Positions 50,147-59,480 of a stretch of DNA of 64,000 nucleotides are shown here, one piece after another; within the stretch, counting starts at the first letter, position 1; each line of letters opens with the position of its first letter. The notes under the pieces were generated by a model. That model was not told the origin of the DNA. It was given only the letters and a program-made list of their open reading frames with translations, and did no database searches. Made by a program: the position numbers and the translations under genes. This DNA comes from Promethearchaeota archaeon (GTDB lineage: Archaea; Asgardarchaeota; Lokiarchaeia; Sigyniarchaeales; SOKP01), in the NCBI GenBank assembly GCA_048937405.1, contig JBHLNF010000006.1, positions 1-64,000 of the forward strand. Direction: 5' to 3'.

Positions 50147-50515
50147 ATGGTGGAATCAATTTTAATAATAAGTGATCAATCACCAGTTGGAAAGAATTTT
50201 GCTGCAGAAGCAATTAGGATTGGCTCTGGATTTGTAGCACTGGGAGAATATATAGACTGTAAAATTGTTTTTATGGGAGATGCTGTTTATTTATTCAATA
50301 AAAATGCTTCTCCTGAAACTGTGGGAATGGATTCAATTGATGAAATTCTTGAGATGGCAGAATTATCTGATTTAGAAGTGTATATAATTGAATCAGCTCT
50401 GAATAACGCAGGCTTGACAAAAGAGGATTTAGTAGAATATGAGAGTATGAAGATTATTACTATTGATGATCTAGTAGATCTAATAGAAAATGCGGATGTA
50501 TGTTTTAGATATTAG
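50147..50515 (+). CDS. dsrF: DsrF/TusC-like protein
   Basis: SPVG....EAIR, VFMGDAVY, ending ENADVCFRY. Confidence 0.78.
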   Translation: MVESILIISDQSPVGKNFAAEAIRIGSGFVALGEYIDCKIVFMGDAVYLFNKNASPETVGMDSIDEILEMAELSDLEVYIIESALNNAGLTKEDLVEYESMKIITIDDLVDLIENADVCFRY

Positions 50516-50530
50516 GAGGAGGAAAATAAT

Positions 50531-50872
50531 ATGACAGATAATCTTGATATAATTTATTTATTCGGATATAGTAGTAATACTGGAAGGCAATTAGAACGAT
50601 TATTTCCTATTATACATTTACAAAAAGTTAAAAATTCTAAAATTGGCTTAGTTTTAATTCATGATGGAGTAATTGGAATTACAACTAAAGGGAGTATTCC
50701 TAAAGAAATGGAAGACTTTCTTGATTTAAATATTGCTATGTTTGCAATGATTCCTGATTTGAAAGCACGTGGTATATCACTTGATTATATCAGTGAGAAA
50801 ATTAAACTCATCGAATATGACGATCTTATAGATATTTTGGATATAACACCAAAAATAGTATCTTGGATGTAA
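50531..50872 (+). CDS. dsrH: DsrH/TusB-like protein
   Basis: LIHDGV, DLKARGI, IEYDDLID....VSW. Confidence 0.8.
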   Translation: MTDNLDIIYLFGYSSNTGRQLERLFPIIHLQKVKNSKIGLVLIHDGVIGITTKGSIPKEMEDFLDLNIAMFAMIPDLKARGISLDYISEKIKLIEYDDLIDILDITPKIVSWM

Positions 50873-50969
50873 TGAAATTAAAAAAAAATATAAAAAAAAA
50901 TTTTTTGCAAAAATTCTGACTAATGTCAGTTTAATAATAGTTTTAAACAAATAAATAAAAAAAAAAAAG

Positions 50970-51401
50970 GTGGTATATATGGCTGAAAATGAAACAATAA
51001 ATTTTATTGTAAAGGATAAATCATTCGAAAAGTTTGCAATGATGATGATCCTTGGTACTACAGGTGATGCCATGGACACAAAAATGAATTTTTTCTTTAC
51101 TTTTTGGGGTTTAAATCTTTTAAAAAAGAAATTTAAACCAAAAGTTGCAGGGATGCCTACCCCTATGAAAGGGATGGCAGCGAAAATGTTTAGGAAGAGA
51201 ATGAAAAAATTTGGAATTGAAGATCCATGGGCAATGATTAAAGATGCAGTTGACAGCGGAAATATGAAATTATATCCATGTCAAATGACAATGGATTTAA
51301 TGGGGATTAAGAGAGAAGATTTATTTGATTGGGTTGAAGATCCTGTGGGTGCTGCCTCATTTTTAGAAATGAGTAATGGTGGAAGAATAGTTTCATTATA
51401 A
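50970..51401 (+). CDS. DsrE2-like (DrsE_2) sulfur carrier
   Basis: FFFTFWGLNLLKK, YPCQMTMDLMG, VGAASFL. Confidence 0.88.
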   Translation: MVYMAENETINFIVKDKSFEKFAMMMILGTTGDAMDTKMNFFFTFWGLNLLKKKFKPKVAGMPTPMKGMAAKMFRKRMKKFGIEDPWAMIKDAVDSGNMKLYPCQMTMDLMGIKREDLFDWVEDPVGAASFLEMSNGGRIVSL

Positions 51402-51447
51402 AATTAATTTTTTTTTTAATTTTTTATATAAAAAAAGGTGATGATAA

Positions 51448-52005
51448 ATGTCTGATGTAGAAGAACAGACAAGAGAATATAAAACAGACGAAGATTTTGA
51501 TCAAGATTTTTTTAAAAATATTGAAAGGAGGTCAAACATTTGGCAGTGCATCCAATGTGGTACATGCACAGCAAGTTGTGAAAGTGGAAGATGGACTGCT
51601 TTGAAGACTCGTTCAATTATTAGAAAAGTTGTATTAGGAGATTTATCGGTATTAAAAGATCCAGATATTTGGTTATGTACTACATGTTATCAATGTTATG
51701 AGCGATGTCCACGAGATGTAAGACCTACAGATGTAATTATGGAATTGAGAAATTATGCTACTAAATTAGGCAATATTTCTCCCAATCATAGAGCCGTTGT
51801 AGGATATTTGAAAAACTTTGGACATGCTGTACCGATAAATGATGAGGTAAGAAAACGAAGAATCGAATTAGGGTTAGAAGAATTACCCCCTACTGCGTTT
51901 AAATTTAAACAAGAGGGGGATGATAAAGATTTAAAAAATATTGAAGAACATATGTTTGATTTACCTCCAGTCAAGGAGGATAAAAAAGAAAAGGAGGAGA
52001 CATAA
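51448..52005 (+). CDS. hdrC: Heterodisulfide reductase subunit C
   Basis: CIQCGTCTASC, WLCTTCYQCYERCPR. Confidence 0.93.
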   Translation: MSDVEEQTREYKTDEDFDQDFFKNIERRSNIWQCIQCGTCTASCESGRWTALKTRSIIRKVVLGDLSVLKDPDIWLCTTCYQCYERCPRDVRPTDVIMELRNYATKLGNISPNHRAVVGYLKNFGHAVPINDEVRKRRIELGLEELPPTAFKFKQEGDDKDLKNIEEHMFDLPPVKEDKKEKEET

Positions 52006-52007
52006 AG

Positions 52008-52925
52008 ATGGTCAAAGAAAATACGTTTGCGTTCTTTTTAGGGTGTATAATGCCTAATCGATATCCTGCTATCGAGAAATCAACGAAATTTGTCATGGAA
52101 AAATTAGGATATGAACTCTTAGATATGGAAAGAGCAACTTGTTGTCCCGCTCCAGGCGTTTTCCGTTCTTTCAATAAAATTGATTGGATGGTAGTTGCTG
52201 CGCGAAATTTATGTATTGCAGAAAAATTAGATGCTGATATTTTAACAGTTTGTAATGGATGCTTTGGTACACTCCAAGAAGTAAATAAACATCTTAAACA
52301 AAACGAAGAACATCGTGAAATGGTCAATAAAAAACTTAAATTATTAGGGGACTATGAATTTAAAGGTACGATTAATGTACGTCATATAGCTGAAGTTTTA
52401 GGATATGAAATTGGACCATGGGGGATTGAAGATCATATAATAAGGAAAGTAAATATTAAGGCTGCTATTCATTATGGATGCCATTTCTTAAAGCCGACAA
52501 GAATTAGAGAAATTGAAAGTTCTGAAGGTCCTACGATAATTGAAGATTTTGTTGAAGTATTAGGTGTCGAATCTGTAAGATTTAATGAACAGCTTACTTG
52601 TTGCGGTGCAGGTGGTGGAGTAAAAGCTTATGATGGTAATTCAAGTATGACAATTTTTGGTGAAAAAATGAAGAATATTGATGAAGTTAAACCAGATATA
52701 ATATTAGATATCTGTCCATTTTGTCATTTACAATTTGAGACAGGACAAGATTATTTAAATAAAAATAAAGCTTGTAATTATGATTATCCTGTAATTCATA
52801 TCTCCCAGCTTGTTGCCTATTGTATGGGAATGGACCAAGAATTTATTGGTCTTCAATATCAGTTAATGGGACGAGAGTTTATTTTTGGGGGAGAACAATT
52901 AAATAAAGAAGAGGAGATTGCTTAA
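52008..52925 (+). CDS. hdrB: Heterodisulfide reductase subunit B
   Basis: FLGC, CCPAPG, TVCNGC, HYGCH, CCGAGGG, CPFCHLQF (two CCG domains). Confidence 0.95.
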   Translation: MVKENTFAFFLGCIMPNRYPAIEKSTKFVMEKLGYELLDMERATCCPAPGVFRSFNKIDWMVVAARNLCIAEKLDADILTVCNGCFGTLQEVNKHLKQNEEHREMVNKKLKLLGDYEFKGTINVRHIAEVLGYEIGPWGIEDHIIRKVNIKAAIHYGCHFLKPTRIREIESSEGPTIIEDFVEVLGVESVRFNEQLTCCGAGGGVKAYDGNSSMTIFGEKMKNIDEVKPDIILDICPFCHLQFETGQDYLNKNKACNYDYPVIHISQLVAYCMGMDQEFIGLQYQLMGREFIFGGEQLNKEEEIA

Positions 52926-54953
52926 ATGACAGTGAAAGAAGAAAAAGTAGTTGAAGTAAATAAATTAGGTGATAAAGATAAACAAGAAGAACCAAGAATA
53001 GGTGTTTTTGTATGTCATTGTGGTCATAATATCGCAGGAACAGTTGATGTTGCTAAAGTAGCAGAATATGCTAAAGATTTACCTAATGTAGTTAAAGCTG
53101 AACATTATATGTTTATGTGTTCAAAACCAGGAGTTCAAATGCTTAAAGATTCTATTGAAGAATTAGATGTTAATAGAACAGTGGTGGCTTCATGTTCAAA
53201 AAACCAACATGGAAGGACTTTTGCTAAAGCAATAGAGGAAATGGGGCTCAATAAACATCGACATCAACAAGTTAATATTAGAGAATTTAATAGTTGGGTG
53301 CATCAGAAAGAGAAAGATAAAGCAACCGAAAAAGCTAAGAAGTTAGTAGAAGCTGGAGTAAATAGAGCAAGAAAGCTAGAGGATGTCGAGACACGGAGAA
53401 TTCCCACGACTAAAGCTGCATTAGTGATTGGTGCTGGTATTGCAGGACTTCGTGCTTCATATGATTTAGCGGAGTTAGGAATTCCAGTTTATTTAGTAGA
53501 AAAATTATCTACAATTGGAGGACATATGACACAATTAAATAAAACATTCCCAACTTTGGAATGTCCACAATGTAGTATTTCTCCATTAACTAATGGTGTA
53601 GCTAATCATCCGTTAATAGAACTCTATACTAATGCTCAAATTAAGAGTGTGGAGGGTTCAATGGGTAATTTTGAAGTTGAGGTTGAAATAAAGCCAAGAT
53701 ATGTTAAAAATAATTGTACATCTTGCGGTGAGTGTGCCTTACATTGTCCTGTGGAAGTACCTAGTGAATGGGATAGTGGAATGTCAATGAGAAACGCAAT
53801 TTATAAAGCGTATCCACAAGCAATTCCAGCTACATATGTGAGAGACAAAAATAGTTGTATTGAATGTAATACATGTATTAATGTTTGTCCCGTACAAGCT
53901 ATAGATTTTTCAATGAAAGCAGAAATTAAAACATTTAAAGTTGGTTCTATTGTTGTTGCCGCTGGCTATGATGAATATGATCCTTCAGAAATTGAAGCGT
54001 ACCATTATAGTCAAGAAGGATATGAAGATGTGATAACACAACTCAAATTGGAAAGGATGTTAGCTCCGGGTTCTCTTACCAATAGTCAAGTATTACGTCC
54101 TTCTGATGGTAAAATCCCTAAAAGTATCGTGATGATACAATGTGTAGGAAGTAGAAATGATCAAGTAGGGAATCAATATTGTACAGGAGTTTGTTGCAAA
54201 TTTGCAATTAAAAATGCTCGAATTGTAAAAGAAATGTATCCAGATTCAGATATTACAATTTGCTATATTGATGTGAGGACTCCCGGTTTAAACTTTGAAG
54301 AATTATACAAATCAGCACAGGAAGTAGGAGTAAGATTTATTAGAGGACGTCCATCAGAGATTCTTAGAGACCCTGTTTCTGGAGAATTAAGAGTAATTGT
54401 TGAAGATACTTTAAGTCAAACTCCTTTAAAATTAAAAGCAGATATGGTGGTATTATCAGCAGCAATGGTACCTCCTGAAGGTATCGGTCCGTTAGGATCA
54501 AAATTACAAGTTCTACGCTCAAAAGAAGGATTTTTAAAAGAATTTCACATTAAAATGAATCCAACTTTAAGCAGTAAAGGAGGAATATTTATAGCGGGGG
54601 CAATTCAAGGTCCTAAAGATATTTCTGAATCAGTTGCTCAAGCGGGTAATGCTGCAGCTATAGCTGCTGCTCCATTGGTAAAGGGCTATATTGAAAAAGA
54701 GATGTTAATTCCTTCAGTAGATTTTGATTTATGTGTTAGATGTGGTCTATGTAAAACTGTATGCGCTCCAGCAGCGATACAAATTAATGATGATGGAACA
54801 CCTGTGGTAAATGAGGTTGCTTGTAAATCATGTGGTATGTGTATGCCTGTCTGTCCTACGGGAGCAATTCAATTATTAAATTTTAGTGATGAACAATTAT
54901 TAGATGAAATAATCGCAATTTCAGGAGGAGGTGTTATATGCGAAAATGAGTGA
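52926..54953 (+). CDS. hdrA: Heterodisulfide reductase subunit A
   Basis: IGVFVCHCG, VIGAGIAG, KTFPTLEC, QCVGSR, YCTGVCC, QGPKDI, plus ferredoxin motifs. Confidence 0.96.
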   Translation: MTVKEEKVVEVNKLGDKDKQEEPRIGVFVCHCGHNIAGTVDVAKVAEYAKDLPNVVKAEHYMFMCSKPGVQMLKDSIEELDVNRTVVASCSKNQHGRTFAKAIEEMGLNKHRHQQVNIREFNSWVHQKEKDKATEKAKKLVEAGVNRARKLEDVETRRIPTTKAALVIGAGIAGLRASYDLAELGIPVYLVEKLSTIGGHMTQLNKTFPTLECPQCSISPLTNGVANHPLIELYTNAQIKSVEGSMGNFEVEVEIKPRYVKNNCTSCGECALHCPVEVPSEWDSGMSMRNAIYKAYPQAIPATYVRDKNSCIECNTCINVCPVQAIDFSMKAEIKTFKVGSIVVAAGYDEYDPSEIEAYHYSQEGYEDVITQLKLERMLAPGSLTNSQVLRPSDGKIPKSIVMIQCVGSRNDQVGNQYCTGVCCKFAIKNARIVKEMYPDSDITICYIDVRTPGLNFEELYKSAQEVGVRFIRGRPSEILRDPVSGELRVIVEDTLSQTPLKLKADMVVLSAAMVPPEGIGPLGSKLQVLRSKEGFLKEFHIKMNPTLSSKGGIFIAGAIQGPKDISESVAQAGNAAAIAAAPLVKGYIEKEMLIPSVDFDLCVRCGLCKTVCAPAAIQINDDGTPVVNEVACKSCGMCMPVCPTGAIQLLNFSDEQLLDEIIAISGGGVICENE

Positions 54954-55398
54954 ATGTGAATATATTGAACCAGAAGTTCTTGAAAAGATGGAAAATATTG
55001 TAGTTTTTATGTGTAATGAATGCGGACAAGGTTCAGCAAACACAGCTGGAGTTGCCCGGATGGCATATAATCCTGCAATTCGAATTGTTCGAGTACAATG
55101 TACTGGTCAAGTCGGTCCTATTCAGATTATGGATGCCTTGAACAACGGGGCAGATGCTGTTGCCTGTGTTGGCTGTTGTTTGGGAGCATGTCATTTCTTT
55201 AATGGGAATATTTTATCAATGCATAGAATAAAATTAATGAAAAAGTTATTTAAAGAATTAGGTTATAGCGATCAGTTTGTTAATCAATATACTTCTCGAG
55301 CTGCTGAAGGAGAAACTGCAGTTGGAGATTTTGATGATATTGTAGAACGATTAGCAACTGCAATAAGAGAGGAGGAGACGTTCAAAGATGGATGTTAG
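54946..55398 (+). CDS. mvhD: MvhD-like [2Fe-2S] subunit
   Basis: FMCNEC, RIVRVQCTG, GADAV..GCCLGACHF..GN; ATG at 54946 overlaps the hdrA end. Confidence 0.88.
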   Translation: MSECEYIEPEVLEKMENIVVFMCNECGQGSANTAGVARMAYNPAIRIVRVQCTGQVGPIQIMDALNNGADAVACVGCCLGACHFFNGNILSMHRIKLMKKLFKELGYSDQFVNQYTSRAAEGETAVGDFDDIVERLATAIREEETFKDGC

Positions 55399-56629
55399 AG
55401 TATTTCAGTTTAATGGATGTAATAAATGCTTCAATGAGACGATTCTTTTAGAAGGAGAATCAATGTATGAGGTGGAGTTTATAAACAATCCGAAAGAATG
55501 GAAGGAGAAAAAAACAGATGTATCAATTATTACTGGATTTTTACTTCCTGAAAACAAGGATGCATTAAATAAAATTAAAAAAAATTCTGAAAAGGTGATT
55601 GCTTATGGAAATTGTGCTACTACAGGAGGGATTTTTGCTCTTGCAAATCAAAAAGGTCATGATGTATCTCCATTAAATAATATCATTGAAAATCCAATTA
55701 ATATTAATGGTTGTTTAGGGGAAATTGAAGAATTAAAATTAGAAATTGAAGATAATGATCTCCCAAAATTAAAAAATCTCTGTATTGTATGCGGAAGACG
55801 AAAAACTTGTGATTACTTAGATGATGTAAAACGACAAATTGAATTAGAAGATACTGAGACATGTTTTAATGACCAAGGATATCTTTGTAATGGTTTTATC
55901 TCCAAAGAATGTAAAGAACGATGTATTGACTATAATGCTCCCTGTAGAGGTTGCAAACCAATTGTTGAACGTTCTGGGGTCAGAATGTTAGGCATGTTTG
56001 GAACTCTTATGGGAAATATTGAAGTTGCGACTGAGCATTCTGAAAAGGGAGCAACTGATAAATTAGCAGACAAGGATGATGATGTGACTGCAGGTCTACC
56101 CGATATAGTAGGTAATTTCTTTAGATTTACTTTGCCAACATCAGGATTGCCAAAAGGTCGAATTCCTTCAAATGGAAACATATTAGAAGATGTTTTTATA
56201 GGAAGACTTATTGAAGAATTACCTCTAATTTCTGGATTATTAGGGGGGGATCATTCAATCTCATTAACATTAAAGATAATTGAAACCTATGAAGACGCTA
56301 ATAATATTGAAGTAAGTGAAAAAACAAAAAATTATCGAAATCAACTATTAAAGTTGGAAATTGAACTTCAAAAGGCAATTCAGAATAAAGATTCAGAAAA
56401 ATATAAGAAAATCACTGATGAAATTCGTAAGATTGCTGGAAATATGAATTTATCTAATCTGTCCTTTGGAGGATTTCGGTCACAAATTGATGATAATGAT
56501 AATTTTGAAGAATATCAAACCCACCCTTTTGAAGTGGTTGAAGGAACATATAAGAATGGTTCAGTTGAATTTACAATTGATCCAATTGGTATTGTAAAAA
56601 AAATTAAAATTAAAGAGGGAAATGCATGA
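55388..56629 (+). CDS. mvhG: MvhG-like hydrogenase small subunit fused to a degenerate large-subunit-like C-terminal region
   Basis: GCNKC, GNCATTGGI, NGC, LCIVC, CFNDQGYLCNG, C...PCRGC; about 150 extra C-terminal residues. Confidence 0.75.
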   Translation: MDVRVFQFNGCNKCFNETILLEGESMYEVEFINNPKEWKEKKTDVSIITGFLLPENKDALNKIKKNSEKVIAYGNCATTGGIFALANQKGHDVSPLNNIIENPININGCLGEIEELKLEIEDNDLPKLKNLCIVCGRRKTCDYLDDVKRQIELEDTETCFNDQGYLCNGFISKECKERCIDYNAPCRGCKPIVERSGVRMLGMFGTLMGNIEVATEHSEKGATDKLADKDDDVTAGLPDIVGNFFRFTLPTSGLPKGRIPSNGNILEDVFIGRLIEELPLISGLLGGDHSISLTLKIIETYEDANNIEVSEKTKNYRNQLLKLEIELQKAIQNKDSEKYKKITDEIRKIAGNMNLSNLSFGGFRSQIDDNDNFEEYQTHPFEVVEGTYKNGSVEFTIDPIGIVKKIKIKEGNA

Positions 56630-59094
56630 GTTTTGAATTATTAAGAGAAGAGATTGTAGATGCTGGTCTATGTCAAGGATGTGGTTTATGTGCTGGTTCA
56701 TGTAAACATATTGAAATGGATGTAAGACGTCCAACTTTAAAAGACTATTGTATATTGGAAAGAGGAGGCCAAGATTGTGGAAAGTGCTATCAAAATTGCC
56801 CTCAAATAATCCAGAAGAAATTTAAAGAAAAACAACCTCTTGCAATTTATTCACTAAGAAGCAAAGATCCAGAAATTATAGATAAAGCATCAAGTGGGGG
56901 TTTTGTTACTTCTTTTACTAAAGAATTGCTAGAAAATGACACGCTTAAAGAAGTTGTTATGGTCCAAGAAGAAGATGAGAAACCAGTTGCTGAGATAGTT
57001 TCTGATCCTAAAGAAGTTATTAAGAAAGCAGGTGTTATTTATGGTAGATCTGGTGTGCTACAAAAATTAGTAGAACTCACTGGTGAAACATTTGACCCAA
57101 TCGGTATTGTCGGTGTACCATGTGAAATACGTGGAGCTGCTGAACTTGAAGAAGAAATGAATCGAAATATTTTAAAAATTGGATTGTTTTGTAGTTCTCA
57201 AATGAGAACTAAGCAAACAGATAAAGGTTTAGTATGTTCTCCTTGTTGTAATGGATGCCCTTCTGGTGTTAATGCTCAAGGATACATTTCATTAATACGT
57301 CAAGGACAATATCAAGATGCCGTAGATTTGATTAGAGAAAGCAATCCACTTCCATCCATATGTGGGAGAATTTGTACTAATGAGTGTGAACATGGTTGTA
57401 CTTTAATAGGAGACGACCATCCTGTTGCAATCCGTGAGTTAAAGAAATTTGTTACTGAATGGGAAATTGAAAGAGCAAAGAATACATCAAAAACAACAGC
57501 TAAATTAAATAGAGATGCGAAAAAAGTAGCGATTATCGGATCTGGACCAGCTGGATTAACTGCAGCGTATTTTTTAAGAAGAATGGGATATGCACCCACT
57601 ATCTTTGAGAAGACAGATCAAACAGGTGGGATGCTAAGATTTGGTGTACCACAATTTAGGTTACCTAATTATGTACTAGATTATGATGTAGGCAGAATCA
57701 TAGATTCCGGTGTCGAAGTAAAACTTAACAAACCATTAGGTCCTGAGATGACTATTGAAGATTTGAAAAATGAAGGATTTGAGGCTATATTTATTGCCAC
57801 TGGACAATATAAACCTCGTACCTTACACTTAGAAGGTGAAGATTTACCAAATGTGCATGTAGCAATTCATTTTCTAATGGATAGAAAATATCGATACTGG
57901 GAAAATAAAGAAGAATTTAAAGGTAAAACTTTAGGCATAATTGGAGGAGGTGCTGTTGCAGTTGATGTTGCTCAAACGGCTCTTAGGTTAGGAGCTAAAA
58001 AGGTTCATCTTGTTGATATTATGTCAGAAGAACAACTCGAATTGGTCTTAAGAGACATTCCTGAAACTGAAATGGAGTTTATAAATTATCACTTCGCGAC
58101 TTCCACTTCCAAAATTACTCAGGATAAAGATGAAAAATTAGTTTTAAATTGTTATAATATTGAATGGGGTACTCCTGATAAGAATGGAAGAAGACCGTTA
58201 AATAAAATTGAAGGATCAGATTATGAAATTCTTGTTGATTCTATTGTAATAGCGGTTGGTCAAGCAGTAGATTTTGAGCAAATAGATGCAGCAACAAATA
58301 ATGAATTAGAAAAAGAACGAAATAGAATTAAAGTAAATGAAATAACATTTGAAACTAATATCCCTGGGGTTTTTGCTGGCGGAGATATTATCAGTAATTC
58401 TAAAGCTGTGGCTATTGCTGCTATAGCTCACGGAAAGGAAGCTGCATTTTCAATAGACAGATATCTAAAGGGAGAAAACTTGATAGATGGAAGATTTAGG
58501 CGAGAGAATTCTTTTTTCACGGGGCCTAAGAAACCCCCAAAAGATTATTCATTAAAACCAGAAACATTAGACCAAGCCACTGAAGAAAAAAGTTGGAGTT
58601 TTGAGGAGATTGATAAAATATTCAATGAGGATATGGCTTTACAAGAAGCGCGAAGATGTCTAAGTTGTAATCATTTCTGTACTCATTGTCAAGATTTCCC
58701 TGCAATATATTCAGACCTTACTGCGGGTGAAGTAGGATCAAAAGAGGGCTTTACTACAGTGGTAGTTTGGACGGAGCGTGGCAAAGCGCTTATTGAAAAA
58801 GCAATTAAAAAAGGTTTATTCGAGCAAGGAAAAGTTGATGAGAAAGAATTGAAAAATGCAATTAATCTAAAATCAAAACGTGAATTAATGAACTTTGAAA
58901 AACCCCCTAGACAACAGGTTTTAGATTATATATCACTGCAAGGTCCTAGCACTATTACAGACATTTCAAAACAAACAGGTCTTGAACCGAGGAAAGCCAG
59001 ATATGAAGCTCTCCGATTAGTTCAATTAATGGAATTAGAAATGAAGACTGAACCTGAAATGGAGGAACCAATATTTTCTATTATATGTGAATAA
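56626..59094 (+). CDS. Ferredoxin-FrhB-like protein with an inserted GltD/NfnB-type flavin Fe-S oxidoreductase module and a C-terminal winged HTH
   Basis: CQGCGLCAGSC; SSGGFVT, GVPCEI, IGLFC (FrhB); PCCNGCP, CGRIC, GSGPAG, GGGAVAVD, FAGGD, EARRCLSC (GltD); CTHCQDF..SDLTAG.VGS..G.TTVVVWTERG (FrhB C-terminus). Confidence 0.85.
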   Translation: MSFELLREEIVDAGLCQGCGLCAGSCKHIEMDVRRPTLKDYCILERGGQDCGKCYQNCPQIIQKKFKEKQPLAIYSLRSKDPEIIDKASSGGFVTSFTKELLENDTLKEVVMVQEEDEKPVAEIVSDPKEVIKKAGVIYGRSGVLQKLVELTGETFDPIGIVGVPCEIRGAAELEEEMNRNILKIGLFCSSQMRTKQTDKGLVCSPCCNGCPSGVNAQGYISLIRQGQYQDAVDLIRESNPLPSICGRICTNECEHGCTLIGDDHPVAIRELKKFVTEWEIERAKNTSKTTAKLNRDAKKVAIIGSGPAGLTAAYFLRRMGYAPTIFEKTDQTGGMLRFGVPQFRLPNYVLDYDVGRIIDSGVEVKLNKPLGPEMTIEDLKNEGFEAIFIATGQYKPRTLHLEGEDLPNVHVAIHFLMDRKYRYWENKEEFKGKTLGIIGGGAVAVDVAQTALRLGAKKVHLVDIMSEEQLELVLRDIPETEMEFINYHFATSTSKITQDKDEKLVLNCYNIEWGTPDKNGRRPLNKIEGSDYEILVDSIVIAVGQAVDFEQIDAATNNELEKERNRIKVNEITFETNIPGVFAGGDIISNSKAVAIAAIAHGKEAAFSIDRYLKGENLIDGRFRRENSFFTGPKKPPKDYSLKPETLDQATEEKSWSFEEIDKIFNEDMALQEARRCLSCNHFCTHCQDFPAIYSDLTAGEVGSKEGFTTVVVWTERGKALIEKAIKKGLFEQGKVDEKELKNAINLKSKRELMNFEKPPRQQVLDYISLQGPSTITDISKQTGLEPRKARYEALRLVQLMELEMKTEPEMEEPIFSIICE

Positions 59095-59128
59095 AATTAA
59101 AACTAATAAATATTAAGAGGTAAAGAAT

Positions 59129-59365
59129 ATGAATTATGATATGGAATTAAACGTCTGTGGGTCAGTATGTCCTGTTCCTGCTTTAAAAACTAAAAAACAA
59201 CTCATGAAAATGAGACCAGGTACAGTTTTAAAAGTTATTACCGATTACAAACCCGCAAGTGAATCTGTTCCACGAGATTTAGCAAAAACAAAACATAAAC
59301 ATTTAGGAACAGAATTCATTGATGATGATGAAATCTGGTATATGTATTTTGAAGCAGTAAAGTAA
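59129..59365 (+). CDS. tusA: Second TusA/SirA-family sulfur carrier
   Basis: LNVCGSVCPVPALKT...PGTVLKVITD....ESVP. Confidence 0.88.
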   Translation: MNYDMELNVCGSVCPVPALKTKKQLMKMRPGTVLKVITDYKPASESVPRDLAKTKHKHLGTEFIDDDEIWYMYFEAVK

Positions 59366-59387
59366 GTGTGCACTCTAAAGAACTATA

Positions 59388-59410
59388 ATTTTTTTTATAC
59401 TTTTTTTTTT
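59388..59410 (+). terminator. Putative archaeal oligo-T terminator of the Hdr operon
   Basis: T-runs (TTTTTTTT-ATAC-TTTTTTTTTT) just downstream of the last operon gene. Confidence 0.45.
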
Positions 59411-59480
59411 AATAATTTTCATTTAGATATTTCATTTTTTAATTACATTTAATATTGCAAATAGCTTAATATTATGTTAG

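Noticed and set aside
49510-50872. TusA/TusBCD as a purely tRNA-thiolation relay
   Set aside because: No tusE/mnmA/ncsA nearby and the genes are embedded in an Hdr operon; not fully excluded, but less parsimonious.
49510-54953. Methanogenesis or dissimilatory sulfate reduction
   Set aside because: No mcr, mtr, dsrAB, dsrC, apr or sat genes in the window; Hdr and DsrEFH alone do not show either pathway.
49510-59365. Selenocysteine recoding in hdrA/mvhD/dsrE, since Lokiarchaeia encode selenoproteins
   Set aside because: These ORFs have no in-frame TGA and the relevant positions are Cys; the TGA ending mvhG simply overlaps the next ATG.
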